A stretch of DNA of 64,000 nucleotides from Macrostomum hystrix (taxonomy: Eukaryota; Animalia; Platyhelminthes), in the NCBI GenBank assembly GCA_950097015.1, contig CATNEN010000008.1, positions 4,278,001-4,342,000 on the forward strand, in the 5' to 3' direction. Each line of letters opens with the position of its first letter. Positions within the stretch are counted from its first letter, which is position 1. Positions 21,701-32,084 of the stretch are shown one piece after another. The notes under the pieces were generated by a model. It worked only from the letters and a program-made list of their open reading frames with translations, searched no databases and had not been told where the DNA came from. A program made the position numbers and the translations under genes.

Positions 21701-24700
21701 CTGCGATGACTACTAACTTTTTAAGTTAGCGACTCAATCGATGAGTTACTTCTTTTAGGGATGGGATGGGATGGAATGGAATGGCATGGGATGGAATGGG
21801 ATGCGATGGAATGGGATGCGATGGAATGGAATGGCATGGGATGGAATGGGATGCGATGGAATGGAATGGCATGGGATGGGATGGAATGGCATGGGATGGG
21901 ATGGGATGGGATGGGATGGGATGTGATGTTTTCTATGAATTATTTTGCTTTTACAATGATCCAGTGGGACAAATAAAATCATGGTTTGACGCTAACCTTG
22001 AAAGTGCACGGTTGGATTTGTTGCTGCTGCTGCTGCTGCTGCTGCTGTTTGGCCAGAACTAGGCTAGAAAACTGTCGCTGCTGACTCTCGTCGGCAACCT
22101 CGTTGTCCGCGGTGGCAGCCGCGTCAGCCATGAGGTCGCCGATCCCGGCTCGAAGTGAAGCATCAATTATTCCATTGGCAATTATCAGTGCCGTGAACTG
22201 CAACGACTGGCTGCTGATGCTGCTGCTGCCGCTGCTGCTGCTGCAGCCGGCGCCCGACGCACCACCCGAGCTGCCGCAGCCACCGCCGCCGCTGCAGTTC
22301 TTCAGCAGGTCGAACGCCGCTTCGAGTAGCCCCGCCAGACAGGCGTGGGAGGCGGCCACGACAGCTGCTGACTGGTCTGTTTCAGCGGCAACCTCCGTCA
22401 GCTGCTGCAGGGCCTGCTGCAGCTCCGCCTCGGAGGTCTGGTCATACCGGAGGAGGGTGTAGAAAAATGATAATAATATTAATAATAATAATCACAGGAG
22501 GCTGCGGGTGATGGCACATCATTTGGTGACACTAGACCGGCAGCCAGCGAGGAGGCAATTCTGCCCATTTCGTTGACTCCTGAGCACAAACGCACACAGA
22601 TACCGTACTCAGGCACACGCACGCACAGGTGTGTACATCTGTCCTGACTTTCTCATCGTCAGGCAGTGTACACTTTCACTGTGCCTTGAAGGTTGGCCCT
22701 CATTTGCCACTCACGCCAAGGTCCCTGAGTTCGATTCCGCGGCGAGGCCACTTTCATTTGGGGCGCAGCCGCAGAGAGAAGGCTTGGGGGCTTGTCATGC
22801 AATTTACGCCCTTGAGGGCCAACCTCCAAGGCACAGTGAGAGTGTAAACTGCCTGACGATGAGAAAGTCAGGGCGATTGTACATACCTGTGTGAGTGTGT
22901 GCTCAGGAGTCAGCGAAATGCCCACAGCACTCCTGCAATTATTATTATATTATTAGCTGCTAATACGAAGGTGTCTCTGTCTGTTGGGAGAATTAGGAAA
23001 ATCTCCTTTCTGCATCACGACCATGAACGGCGGCGAGTGTGACGAGGTGTGATGCAGATTGCAGGAGAGACTGGGGAAGCTGAATCTCGTGCGCGTCCAA
23101 AGCTGGAATCTATAATTATTTATCCCCTAATCCCCATGGAATTCTTCAAGGACACTTCGGAAGTTCTGTCTCTGTGTGTTTTCAGCGGGGGAAGAATTTT
23201 TTTAGGAGTTTTTAGCTAGGAAGTCGAACAGAGTTATCCTATTCCAATCATGAATTTGGGTATAAGTTAATCACTGGTGCTCTAGTGGGGCATAGCCGGG
23301 TTGCAGCTGTTCTGGAATATATGCGATGCAAATACTACCCACTACTCATTGTCTGAGGTCTTGGATACAAAATTCGGCCCACAGATCGAGTAGCTAGTTT
23401 TCCCAGGTGTGGAAGCCAGTTACGAGCTGTTGTATCGAGATTGAGAACAAGCTGACGCATGCTGAGTCCTTTGTCCAATTCTGGATTCTACACTGCCTTA
23501 TGTCTTTGTAATTGAGTATTGGACAAGACCTGATTTGCTGCGAAACTGCAACACCTGATGGACAAGAAGGCTGAGTAGCTGCTAGGCAAAAAGGCACGAC
23601 AGGCGAGACAAAGGGGAGGTGATAGTTAGGTAGGGATAAGTACTTTAGTACTTATGAAGCTGTTGTTATTCAGGTGGTTATGAGGAATATATACTTAATT
23701 TGTTTTGGGAACTCGACAAATTTGCTGTAATCTAAACAACATTACAAGCTTTAACGGGTTGTATTATGCCATTTTGGGATGGGATGGGATGGAGTTTGAT
23801 GGGATGCGATGGGATGGGATCGGATCAGATGGGATTGGATGGGATCAGGATTGGGTGGGATAGGATCAGATGGACTTTGATGGGATGGCATTAAGTTAGA
23901 TGGGATACGATGGTATGGGATGGGATCAGTGAAATGGGATCAGATGGAGTGGGATCGGATGGGATTAGATGGAATTGGGTGGGATGGGATGGGATTTGAT
24001 GGGATGGGATGGAATCAGATGGGATGGAATCAGATGGGATGGAATCAGATGGGATGGGATTGGATGGGATCAGATGGGATGGGATGGAATCAGATGTGAT
24101 GGGATCAGATGGGATGGGATGGAATCAGATGGGATGGGATCAGATGGGATGGGATCAGATGGGATGGGATGGAATCAGATGGGATGGGATCAGATGGGAT
24201 GGGATCAGATGGGATGGAATCAGATGGGATGGAATCAGATGGGATGGGATCAGATGGGATGGGATGGGATCAGATGGGATGGGATCAGATGGGATGGGAT
24301 CAGATGGGATGGGATGGGATCAGATGGGATGGAATCAGATGGGATGGAATCAGATGGGATGGGATCAGATGGGATGGGATGAGATCAGATGGGATGGGAT
24401 CAGATGGGATGGGATCAGATGGGATGGGATGGGATTAGATGGGATGGGATGGGATCAGATGGGATGGGATCAGATGGGATGGGATCAGATGGGATTGATG
24501 GGATGGGATCAAATTGGATGGGGAAAGATGGTATGGGATTGGATCAGTGAAATGGGATCAGATGGAGTGGGATGGGATGGAGTGGGATGGGATGGAATGG
24601 GATGAGATGGAATGAAATGGGATAGGATGGAATCAGATGGGATGGGATCGGATGGGATGGAATGGATGGGATCAGATGGGATGGGATGGTATGGGATCAG

Positions 24701-27700
24701 ATGGGATTGATGGGATGGGATCAAATTGAATGGGTAAGATGGTATGGGATGGGATCAGTGAAATGGGATCAGATGAAGTGGGATGGGATTGGATGGGATG
24801 GAATGGTATGGGATGGGATGGGATGGGATGGAATGGTATGGGATGGGATGGGATCAGATGGGATTGATGGGATGGGATCAAATTGGATGGGTAAGATGGT
24901 ATGGGATGGGATCAGTGAAATGGGATCAGATGAAGTGGGATGGGATTGGATGGGATGGAATGGTATGGGATGGGATGGGATGGGATGGGATGGGATCAGA
25001 TGGGATTGATGGGATGGGATCAAATTAGATGGGTAAGATGGTATGGGATGGGATCAGTGAAATGGGATCAGATGAAGTGGGATGGGATTGGATGGGATGG
25101 AATGGTATGGGATGGGATGGGATGGGATGGGATGGGATGGGATCAGATGGGATTGATGGGATGGGATCAAATTGGATGGGTAAGATGGTATGGGATGGGA
25201 TCAGTGAAATGGGATCAGATGAAGTGGGATGGGATTGGATGGGATGGAATGGTATGGGATGGGATGGGATGGGATGGGATTGGATGGGATGGGATGGGAT
25301 GGAATGAGATGGGATGGGGTTGCTAATTGATTTGGTTTGATACTGGCTGGGTTGTCTCAGGATAAACTAGGGATAATGTTGTTGGTTGAACAATGATATT
25401 TGATGGCAGAGGTAACTCTAGATAGAGTGTTTTAGGGTATTTCAATAAGGCCCTGAGGTACAGTTTGGGTGTGGCATAGTGCTAGAAAAAACTAATTTCA
25501 AATCTCAAGTAGCTCAAAGTACTTTGAATTTTATTCCAACGAGTCAAGACTGCAGACCGATTAACGGCAGAACATACCATGCTTCGAGAAAAATCAATAA
25601 ATTTTAAGTCCATTAATATCGATTGTTCTGGACCAAGTGACCCTTGAAATTTAGTAAATTAGTGAAAGTAATTTTTCAATGGATAAGCTCAAATGGTGCT
25701 AGAAAATCGAATATCGATCTAATCTAAGACTTAATCTGCTTTCTTTACGCTTCATCAACGGGGATTATTAAACTAATTTTCAACCTACATTATTCAGCAT
25801 CAACGAATTGAATGCCTCGATTCCAATCTCACACTATAGCCTCCAACTCCATCCCATCTATCCCATTCCATTCCATTCCATTCCATTCCATTCCATTCCA
25901 TCCCATCACAAACCATCCCATCCCATCCCATCCCATCCTATCCCATCCCATCCCATCTATCCCATTCCATCCCATCCCATCCCATCCCATCTATCCCATT
26001 CCATCCCATCCCATCCCATCCCATCTATCCCATCCCATCCCATCCCATCCCATCTCATCCCATCCTATCCCATCCCATCCCATCCCATCCCATCCCATAC
26101 CATTCCATCCCATACCATTCCATCCCATCCCATCCAATCCCATCTATCCCATTCCATCCCATCCCATCCCATCTATCCCATTCCATCCCATCCCATCCCA
26201 TCCCATCTATCCCATTCCATCCCATCCCATCCCATCCCATCTATCCCATCCTATCCCATCCCATCCCATCCCATCCCATCTCATCCCATCCTAACTCATC
26301 CCATCCCATCCCATACCATTCCATCCCATCCCATCCCATACCATTCCATCCCATCCCATCCCATACCATTCCATCCCATACCATTCCATCCCATCCCATC
26401 CCATACCATTCCATCCCATACCATTCCATCCCATCCCATCCCATCCAATCCCATCTATCCCATTCCATCCCATCCCATCCCATCTATCCCATTCCATCCC
26501 ATCCCATCCCATCTATCCCATCCCATCCCATCCCATCCCATCTCATCCCATCCTATCCCATCCCATCCCATCCCATCTCATCCCATCCTATCTCATCCCA
26601 TCCCATCCCATCCCATACCATTCCATCCCATACCATTCCATCCCATCCCATACCATTCCATCCCATACCATTCCATCCCATCCCATCCCATCCAATCCCA
26701 TCTATCCCATTCCATCCCATCCCATCCCATCTATCCCATTCCATTCCATCCCATCCCATCCCATCTATCCCATTCCATCCCATCCCATCCCATCCCATCT
26801 ATCCCATCCCATCTATCCCATCCCATCCCATCCCATCCCATCTGATCTATCCCATCCCATTCCATCTCATCTATCCCATCCCATTCCATCCCATCCCATC
26901 TCATCTATCCCATTCCATCCCATCCCATCCCATCCCATCTCATCTATCCCATCCCATTCCATCCCATCCCATCTCATCTATCCCATTCCATCCCATCCCA
27001 TCCCATCCCATCTATCCCATTCCATCCCATCTATCCCATTCCATCCCATCCATCCCATCCCATCTATCCCATCCCATCTATCCCATCCCATCCCATCTCA
27101 TCCCATCTATCCCATTCCATACCATTCCATCCCATACCATTCCATCCCATCCCATCCCATCCAATCCCATCTATCCCATTCCATCCCATCCCATCCCATC
27201 TATCCCATTCCATCACATCCCATCCCATCTATCCCATCCCATCCCATCCCATCCCATCTCATCCCATCCTATCCCATCCCATCCCATCCCATCTTATCCC
27301 ATCCTATCTCATCCCATCCCATCCCATCCCATACCATTCCATCCCATACCATTCCATCCCATCCCATCCCATACCATTCCATCCCATACCATTCCATCCC
27401 ATCCCATCCCATCCAATCCCATCTATCCCATTCCATCCCATCCCATCCCATCTATCCCATTCCATCCCATCCCATCCCATCCCATCTATCCCATTCCATC
27501 CCATCCCATCCCATCCCATCTATCCCATCCCATCTATCCCATCCCATCCCATCCCATCCCATCTCATCTATCCCATCCCATTCCATCTCATCTATCCCAT
27601 CCCATTCCATCCCATCCCATCTCATCTATCCCATTCCATCCCATCCCATCCCATCCCATCTCATCTATCCCATCCCATTCCATCCCATCCCATCTCATCT

Positions 27701-29798
27701 ATCCCATTCCATCCCATCCCATCCCATCCCATCTATCCCATTCCATCCCATCTATCCCATTCCATCCCATCCATCCCATCCCATCTATCCCATCCCATCT
27801 ATCCCATCCCATCCCATCCCATCCCATCTATCCCATTCCATTCCATTACATCCCATCCCATCCCATCTATCCCATTCCATCCCATCCCATCCCATCCCAT
27901 CCCATCGCATCCCATCCCATCCCATCGCATCCCATCGCATCCCATCCCATCCCATCGCATCCCATCGCACAGCAAGTCAGCCAGGCAGCTCACCCGCAGC
28001 AGGTGATGCAACAGGCCACTAAGCAGTCTGTCCAGCTTCTGTTCCTCATCAGGCCCGCAGTTTGGCAAGGCGCCGGCCGCAGCCAGAGCTTCGCAGACGA
28101 AGGAGCTGAGTCCACGGCAGACGCTACGCAAGCTGTCGATGCCGGAGGCGGACATCCTGGTGAGCACAAAGACGCTGCGCTCGAGATCCTCCATGCCTGG
28201 TAGAGCAAATGATATTTTTATTCTAACTGAGATTTTCCTTATCGAAAAGCAGATCTCGTCACATTTTCAATTTAGTCGATTCGATTTCAACAGACGCCGC
28301 CCATCCTATCAGTTTCTGTCTCCGCGCATTAGCGGCATTGCTAATATGGTTCTGCCAGCGATGCTCCGATAGGCCCGCTGGGCTGGCGACATAAGCAGAG
28401 ACACTCCATGGTTGGCTGATTAAGCTCCCCAAATCCTTCATACTAGCCCCCCCAATCTCGCGAGCCTTCCCCTGAGCAGGCCTGAGTCCCTATTGAGGCT
28501 GGCAGAAGCGAGTTTTACTTTGGGCCTGGCGCGCACTCGATTGAAATGAACTTGTCCGGCCCAGCTCGACAGGGGGGGGAGCGAATACGCACTTCATCCC
28601 CTCCTTCACTAATGCCTCATGTGGGGATTATTCGCACTATGGGAAACTGGGGCCACATAGTAGCATGAATGTGAGCTTCAGCTGCGTTTAGGGATGCTAA
28701 AAATAAAATGAGAGAACTCTGAGATTTCCCCCGCCAATCATATCGTATTGCTTTGTTCAATATAAATGTTCAGTCCGGCGTCATTTAGCTCGTACTTCTA
28801 TGACATGACATTGACGGTCATCCAAGCTATCACAAACAATCCCATCTCTAATTCACCATCTTGCACATCCAGTCCCACCCAACTTATCTCATCCCATCCC
28901 ATCTGATCCCATCCCATCTGATCCCATCCCATCTGATCCGATCCCATCTGATTCGATCCCATCCCATCCCATCCCATCCCATCCCATCCCATCCGATCCC
29001 ATCCGATCCCATCGCATCGCATCCCATCCCATCTGATCCGATCCCATCTGATCCGATCCCATCCCATCCCATCCCATCCCATCCCATCGCATCCCATCCC
29101 ATCCCATCCCATCCAATCCAATCCCATCCCATCCCATCCCATCCCACCCCATCCCATCGCATCGCATCCCATCCCATCCCATCCCATCCCACCCCATCCC
29201 ATCGCATCGCATCCCATCCCATCGTATCCCATCCAATCCAATCCCATCCCATCCCATCCCATCCCACCCCATCCCATCGCATCGCATCCCATCCCATCGC
29301 ATCCCATCCAATCCCATCCCATCCCATCCCATCGCATCCCATCCAATCCAATCCCATCCCATCCCATCCCATCCCACCCCATCCCATCCCACCCCATCCC
29401 ATCGCATCCCATCCCATCCCATCCCATCCCACCCCATCCCATCGCATCGCATCCCATCCCATCGTATCCCATCCAATCCAATCCCATCCCATCCCATCCC
29501 ATCCCATCGCATCCCATCCCATCGTATCCCATCCCATCGCATCCCATCCAATCCCATCCCATCCCATCCCATCGCATCCCATCCCATCCCATCCCATCCC
29601 ATCGCATCCCATCCCATCCGATCCAATCCAATCCCATCCCATCCCATCCCACCCCATCCCATCGCATCGCATCCCATCCCATCGCATCCCATCCAATCCA
29701 ATCCCATCCCATCCCATCCAATTCCACATTCACACACCGACGCTACGACCTGTTGAGAGGGCCGCAAAGCTGGGCGTCCCACTGGTTGCAGCCGACAC
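14..29798 (-). CDS. PLCE1: Phospholipase C epsilon (multi-exon gene, roughly 3,200 aa without the ankyrin exons)
   Basis: Hand-built GT-AG exon chain with consistent phases (5' to 3'): 29798-29738, 28196-27994, 22437-21997, 21666-21199, 21107-20861, 18240-18068, 17096-16236, 15930(or 15939)-15691, 14448-14215, 13921-13742, 10849-10426, 9859-9600, 9251-9106, 8224-7718, 7461-7095, 6805-6203, 5818-5179, 4368-2879, 2809-2456, 2170-2012, 1919-1817, 1735-1404, 1311-868, 790-14. Contains RasGEF, PH, PLC-X, a split PLC-Y with insert, C2 and two RA domains, which is the PLC-epsilon architecture. The 5' start and the extreme 3' end are uncertain. Confidence 0.93.
868..1735 (-). CDS. PLCE1: PLC-epsilon exons 1735-1404 and 1311-868 (end of C2, RA1)
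   Basis: [23 protein letters not shown] is the C2 end motif; [17 protein letters not shown]...WALMEE...RLCSLNEP is RA-like. Splice phases are consistent. Confidence 0.85.
1817..2809 (-). CDS. PLCE1: PLC-epsilon exons 2809-2456, 2170-2012, 1919-1817 (PLC-Y second half, C2)
   Basis: [28 protein letters not shown] (PLC-Y); [25 protein letters not shown] (C2). The short exon 1919-1817 is not in the ORF track but joins in frame. Confidence 0.93.
2191..2440. repeat. 10-bp minisatellite GGTGGATGAA, about 25 copies
   Basis: Fills PLC intron 2171-2455. Confidence 0.97.
2879..4368 (-). CDS. PLCE1: PLC-epsilon exon (EF-hand end, PLC-X catalytic box, X-Y linker, start of Y)
   Basis: [88 protein letters not shown]. 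Both catalytic His residues are present. Confidence 0.96.
4565..5160. repeat. 39-bp minisatellite AATGAATGAGCCAATCAGAAAAGTGCGAGATGCAGAGGA
   Basis: About 15 copies in PLC intron 4369-5178. Confidence 0.97.
5179..6805 (-). CDS. PLCE1: PLC-epsilon exons 6805-6203 and 5818-5179 (PH domain and EF region)
   Basis: [10 protein letters not shown]...[11 protein letters not shown]...[12 protein letters not shown] (PLC-epsilon-type PH); the next exon opens LFGGRRWS, a motif I recall from vertebrate PLCE1; [25 protein letters not shown] is EF-like. Confidence 0.88.
5891..6062. repeat. 35-bp minisatellite CTCACGCTTTACTTCTATTGGCTAGCTCTTCTAAC
   Basis: About 5 copies in PLC intron 5819-6202. Confidence 0.93.
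7095..9859 (-). CDS. PLCE1: PLC-epsilon exons 9859-9600, 9251-9106, 8224-7718, 7461-7095 (CDC25-type RasGEF domain)
   Basis: [21 protein letters not shown]|[26 protein letters not shown]|[19 protein letters not shown]. Splice phases 1/0/2/2/0 are consistent. Confidence 0.9.
8284..8650 (-). mobile_element. tRNA-derived SINE (family A), full-length 367 bp
   Basis: A box TGGCAGAGCGG (8643-8633), B-box-like GAGCTCGATTCC (8600-8589), (TAT)-rich tail at about 8284-8301, and a 13-bp TSD AATGAGGCTCATA at 8271-8283 and 8651-8663. Confidence 0.9.
9296..9367 (+). mobile_element. SINE family A head fragment
   Basis: Near-identical to the tRNA-like head of the 8284-8650 copy (GGTCCCTGAGCTCGATTCCGCGGCGAGGCCACATTTATTT). 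Confidence 0.85.
9467..9554 (-). mobile_element. SINE family A head fragment, inverted relative to 9296-9367
   Basis: Reverse complement reads CTTGCCTCTCGCACCGAGGTCCCTGAGCTCGATTCCACAGCGAGGCCGCATTCATTTGGGGCGCAGC, matching the family head. Confidence 0.85.
10228..10345. repeat. 7-bp repeat (GAGCAGT)n
   Basis: Direct reading; PLC intron 9860-10425. Confidence 0.9.
10426..14448 (-). CDS. PLCE1: PLC-epsilon exons 14448-14215, 13921-13742, 10849-10426 (FERM-like F2-F3 module)
   Basis: [27 protein letters not shown] (FERM central lobe pattern) and [20 protein letters not shown]...[14 protein letters not shown]...[12 protein letters not shown] (FERM-C/PH-like). Joined in phase to flanking exons. 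Confidence 0.8.
11285..12594 (-). mobile_element. Full-length Tc1/mariner (mariner DD34D) DNA transposon, 1310 bp
   Basis: Perfect 30-bp TIRs CGAGGGTCACTCAGAAAGTCTTTAGCCTGA (11285-11314 and 12565-12594), flanked by TA on both sides; inside PLC intron 10850-13741. Confidence 0.97.
11349..12410 (-). CDS. Mariner transposase, 353 aa, intact
   Basis: [25 protein letters not shown] and [10 protein letters not shown]; 34 residues between the 2nd and 3rd Asp (counted); N-terminal HTH region. Confidence 0.97.
   Translation of the reverse strand: MKLENRDFRAMMYLHFKQGKSPADSFQTLQDVFAHLCPSYATVKNWFAEFCRGRESLEDEHRSRRPCNAVTPENICAVSSMIDADRRVTYQQIQQEMGIGSGSVHTILHEHLGVRKLASRWIPHQLSDEQRDTRVAWCRFMLQKFESGTSRRIWDILTGDETWIYQYDPENKRQSSMWTFRDEDSPTKFRRNRSVGKQMVACFFMRTGHVASVSLEDRRTVTADWYTTVCLPKVFSALSQRRPRCGMRGVLLHHDNASAHTAAQTLEFLADCGVQLMTHPAYSPDLAPCDFFLFPKCKEILKGQIFSSLEEAVNEFKDVIGDLRDEDWRQCFDSWFHRMQACINAGGEYFEQL
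13524..13728. repeat. 19-bp minisatellite AAACCCTGAAGCGCCACTC
   Basis: About 10 copies starting about 15 nt after the donor at 13741. Confidence 0.95.
13958..14205. repeat. 14-bp minisatellite CTCCATCCCTGCAT
   Basis: Fills PLC intron 13922-14214. Confidence 0.95.
14750..15670. repeat. 21-bp-period minisatellite family (GATCCTCAAATCCCCGAAGCC and variants)
   Basis: The unit sequence drifts along the array while the period is kept; PLC intron 14449-15690. Confidence 0.93.
15691..29798 (-). CDS. PLCE1: PLC-epsilon N-terminal exons (helical/ARM-like and REM-like regions)
   Basis: Eight exons with clean splice sites and matching phases, e.g. [13 protein letters not shown]...[16 protein letters not shown]...DSLDP|[17 protein letters not shown]...[32 protein letters not shown]; EDVFVERM...[12 protein letters not shown]. 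Confidence 0.82.
16008..16208. repeat. About 20-bp minisatellite AGAGAGTGACCCAATCAGAG
   Basis: Fills the PLC intron below the donor at 16235. Confidence 0.92.
17205..17710. repeat. 24-bp minisatellite AAGCAAGAACCGTAGCTAGAATCG
   Basis: About 20 copies; PLC intron 17097-18067. Confidence 0.96.
18287..19770. repeat. 15-bp minisatellite GAATGGGGAAGAGTC
   Basis: About 100 copies; PLC intron 18241-20860. Confidence 0.97.
20235..20832. repeat. Two degenerate GTGAGGTGGGTGT-type patches (about 20235-20400 and 20715-20832)
   Basis: Direct reading; the two patches share motifs. Confidence 0.7.
21758..21925 (+). repeat. (GGGAT/GGAAT)n pentamer array
   Basis: PLC intron 21667-21996. Confidence 0.95.
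22470..22702 (-). mobile_element. SINE family A 3' half (left arm of inverted pair)
   Basis: Aligns by eye to 8284-8514 of the full copy, including the TAA/TAT tail. Confidence 0.88.
22703..22957 (+). mobile_element. SINE family A, 5'-truncated and internally deleted (right arm of inverted pair)
   Basis: B box GAGTTCGATTCC at 22727-22738, body matching the family, ATT-rich tail at about 22938-22956; lacks the A box and the segment carrying the HDV-like motif. Confidence 0.88.
23776..25320 (+). repeat. (GGGAT)n pentamer satellite with higher-order units
   Basis: Direct reading; 3' part of PLC intron 22438-27993. Confidence 0.97.
25848..27968 (-). repeat. (ATCCC)n pentamer satellite, i.e. (GGGAT)n on the minus strand
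   Basis: Starts about 25 nt after the donor at 27993; opposite orientation to 23776-25320. Confidence 0.97.
28870..29720 (-). repeat. (ATCCC)n pentamer satellite
   Basis: Starts about 17 nt after the donor at 29737. Confidence 0.97.
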
Positions 29799-30429
29799 CT
29801 GAAATTGCGTAGTTAAAATGAAAAGCATTCGCAATCATTTATCTTGTCTACTTTAAGTAGCATATGCGAATGTGTCATATGCGAAGTGCAAGCAAATGAA
29901 GCAAATGAACCTGCTTGATAAATGTATCAATGCATCAATACGGGGAGTTATCAACTAGGGATTTGGAATTGGAATTGAGGGTGATAAGCTGCTCCAACTG
30001 GCTTATTTTAGCTCTGCACAATATCCCGAAACGAAAAAAAACACAGCGGACAAAAACGAACTCAAACAAAGGACTCAGTGCTAGGTAGATATATAGGAAC
30101 AATAGGAGGCCCATTGTACATCCATAGACAATGGAGTCTACAGAGATTTGAGGATTTGATTCTCAAGGATTTGAGAACAAGTGTACGTTTCTCTGTCATG
30201 AAAAATTTATTCTCTCGGGAGAACTATTTTTTTACTTCCTCGAATTGTGTAGAAATGAGGGTGGGGCCAGCTAGCATTTATACCTGCAGATGACTGGCGA
30301 AATTCTGAGTTTGAAAATGTGAATCTGTGCATGGTTACACACGATGCATGAGTGCCTTCTGTGTTCAATTTACACGGAAAACCGCATTGCTGTGTGCTTT
30401 CGCCCACTCTCAACTCTCAAATCTTCACA

Positions 30430-31830
30430 CCCTACTCTCTACTTCCTACTCTACTCTCTACTGTCTACTCTCTACTCTCTACTGTCTACTATCTACTCCC
30501 TACTGTCTACTCTCTACTCCCTACTCTCTACTGTCTACTCTCTACTCCCTACTCTCTACTGTCTACTCTCTACTCTCTACTGTCTACTCTCTACTCCTTA
30601 CTCTCTACTGTCTACTCTCTACTCTCCACTGTCTACTGTCTACTCTCTACTTCCTGCTCTCCACTCTCTACTTCCTGCTCTCCACTCTCTACTCCCTACT
30701 CTCTACTGTCTACTCCCTACTCTCTACTGTCTACTCCCTACTCTCTACTGTCTACTCTCTACTCTCTACTGTCTACTCTCTACTCCCTACTCTCTACTGT
30801 CTACTCTCTACTCTCCACTGTCTACTGTCTACTCTCTACTTCCTGCTCTCCACTCTCTACTTCCTGCTCTCCACTCTCTACTCCCTACTCTCTACTGTCT
30901 ACTCCCTACTCTCTACTGTCTACTCCCTACTCTCTACTCTCTACTCTCTACTCTCTAATTCCTACTCTCTTCTTCCTTCTCTCTACTCTCTACTTTCTAC
31001 TCTCTACTCCCCAATCTTCTCTCTCTAATCTTGTAGCCAAATGTATCTATTTTAACAACTGACAAAGTAGACACCGACATACTCGTACAATCAATAATAG
31101 TTTGGTAGGCTTTTAATAGGGACGAATCCCTTGTAACTTCTGCAAAAATTGACACAAATAGATCCCCAGTGGCCTCACTAACCACGCAGTTGTTAAAACT
31201 CACTTTCAACCTGTACAATAACAGCGAGACAGTTTTCAATTTCTGACACTTCAAATCAAATGACTTTTTTCACATCCTGCCGACTGAGAGAATCATTTAA
31301 CAAATCCGCTTTGTACCTTCGTGATTGGCAGACTGAAAGCAAGTAGAAAGAATACTGCTTTAATCTAATGTAGTAGACACACCGACTTGTATAGTTCCTA
31401 ACTCTACTCTCTCTACGATTCTCTCATCTCTCTAATCACTGAATTCACCATGCTCTGCTTCGCCAAAAATATTTCCCTGCCCAGTATGCCTCCACACTCT
31501 CTATTGTCTACTCTACAGTCTCTAATCTACTTTATCTACTCTACTGTCTTTCTATTGTCTCGACTCTATTGTCTCTACTCTATTGTCTCTACTCAAGCTC
31601 GTTCTGTCTCTTCTCAACTTTCACTTTCTACTCTACTCTGTCTCTACTCTACTATCTTTACTCTACTTTCAGTACTCTATTCTACGGTCTACTCTTTTTG
31701 ACACTAGATTAAGTAGATTAAGCAGATTAAGTAGATTAAGCAGATTAAGTAGATTAAGCAGATTAAGTAGATTAAGCAGATTAAGTAGATTAAGCAGATT
31801 AAGTAGATTAAGCAGATTAAGTAGATTAAG
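30430..31830. repeat. (TCTACTC/TCTACTG)n heptamer arrays (about 30430-31010, degenerate 31400-31700) and 9-bp GATTAAGTA/GATTAAGCA array (31706-31830)
   Basis: Direct reading. Confidence 0.92.
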
Positions 31831-32084
31831 ACAAAGCTAGATATCGATAAACTAGATCTGCATTAGAAAGCATAAATTAGATACGAAAAAGTTGTCTCAG
31901 TGCCTTAAGAAAAGCCCGACAGTAAAACAATGGAAATAAATTGTGGGTCACTCGGGTTTCATGAGCTTCGACAGAATTTTACAGTTATACAGTTTGGTTT
32001 ACTTCACCGAAGCTCCTAAATAAACAAATACTAATTATAACTCAAATACCTCAATTTATACAGACATAAATCCGAATTCATTTT

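Noticed and set aside
22438-22470. Apparent coding extension [10 protein letters not shown] interrupted by the SINE dimer
   Set aside because: There is an in-frame TGA just upstream, and a good phase-0 acceptor at 22438/22439 with a pyrimidine tract explains the exon without it.
30997-31254. 85-aa ORF or 7-nt microexon (TACAG|GTTGAAA|GTGAGT) in the PLC 5' intron
   Set aside because: No recognisable domain, and its phase does not fit the 29798 exon; cannot be supported without RNA data.
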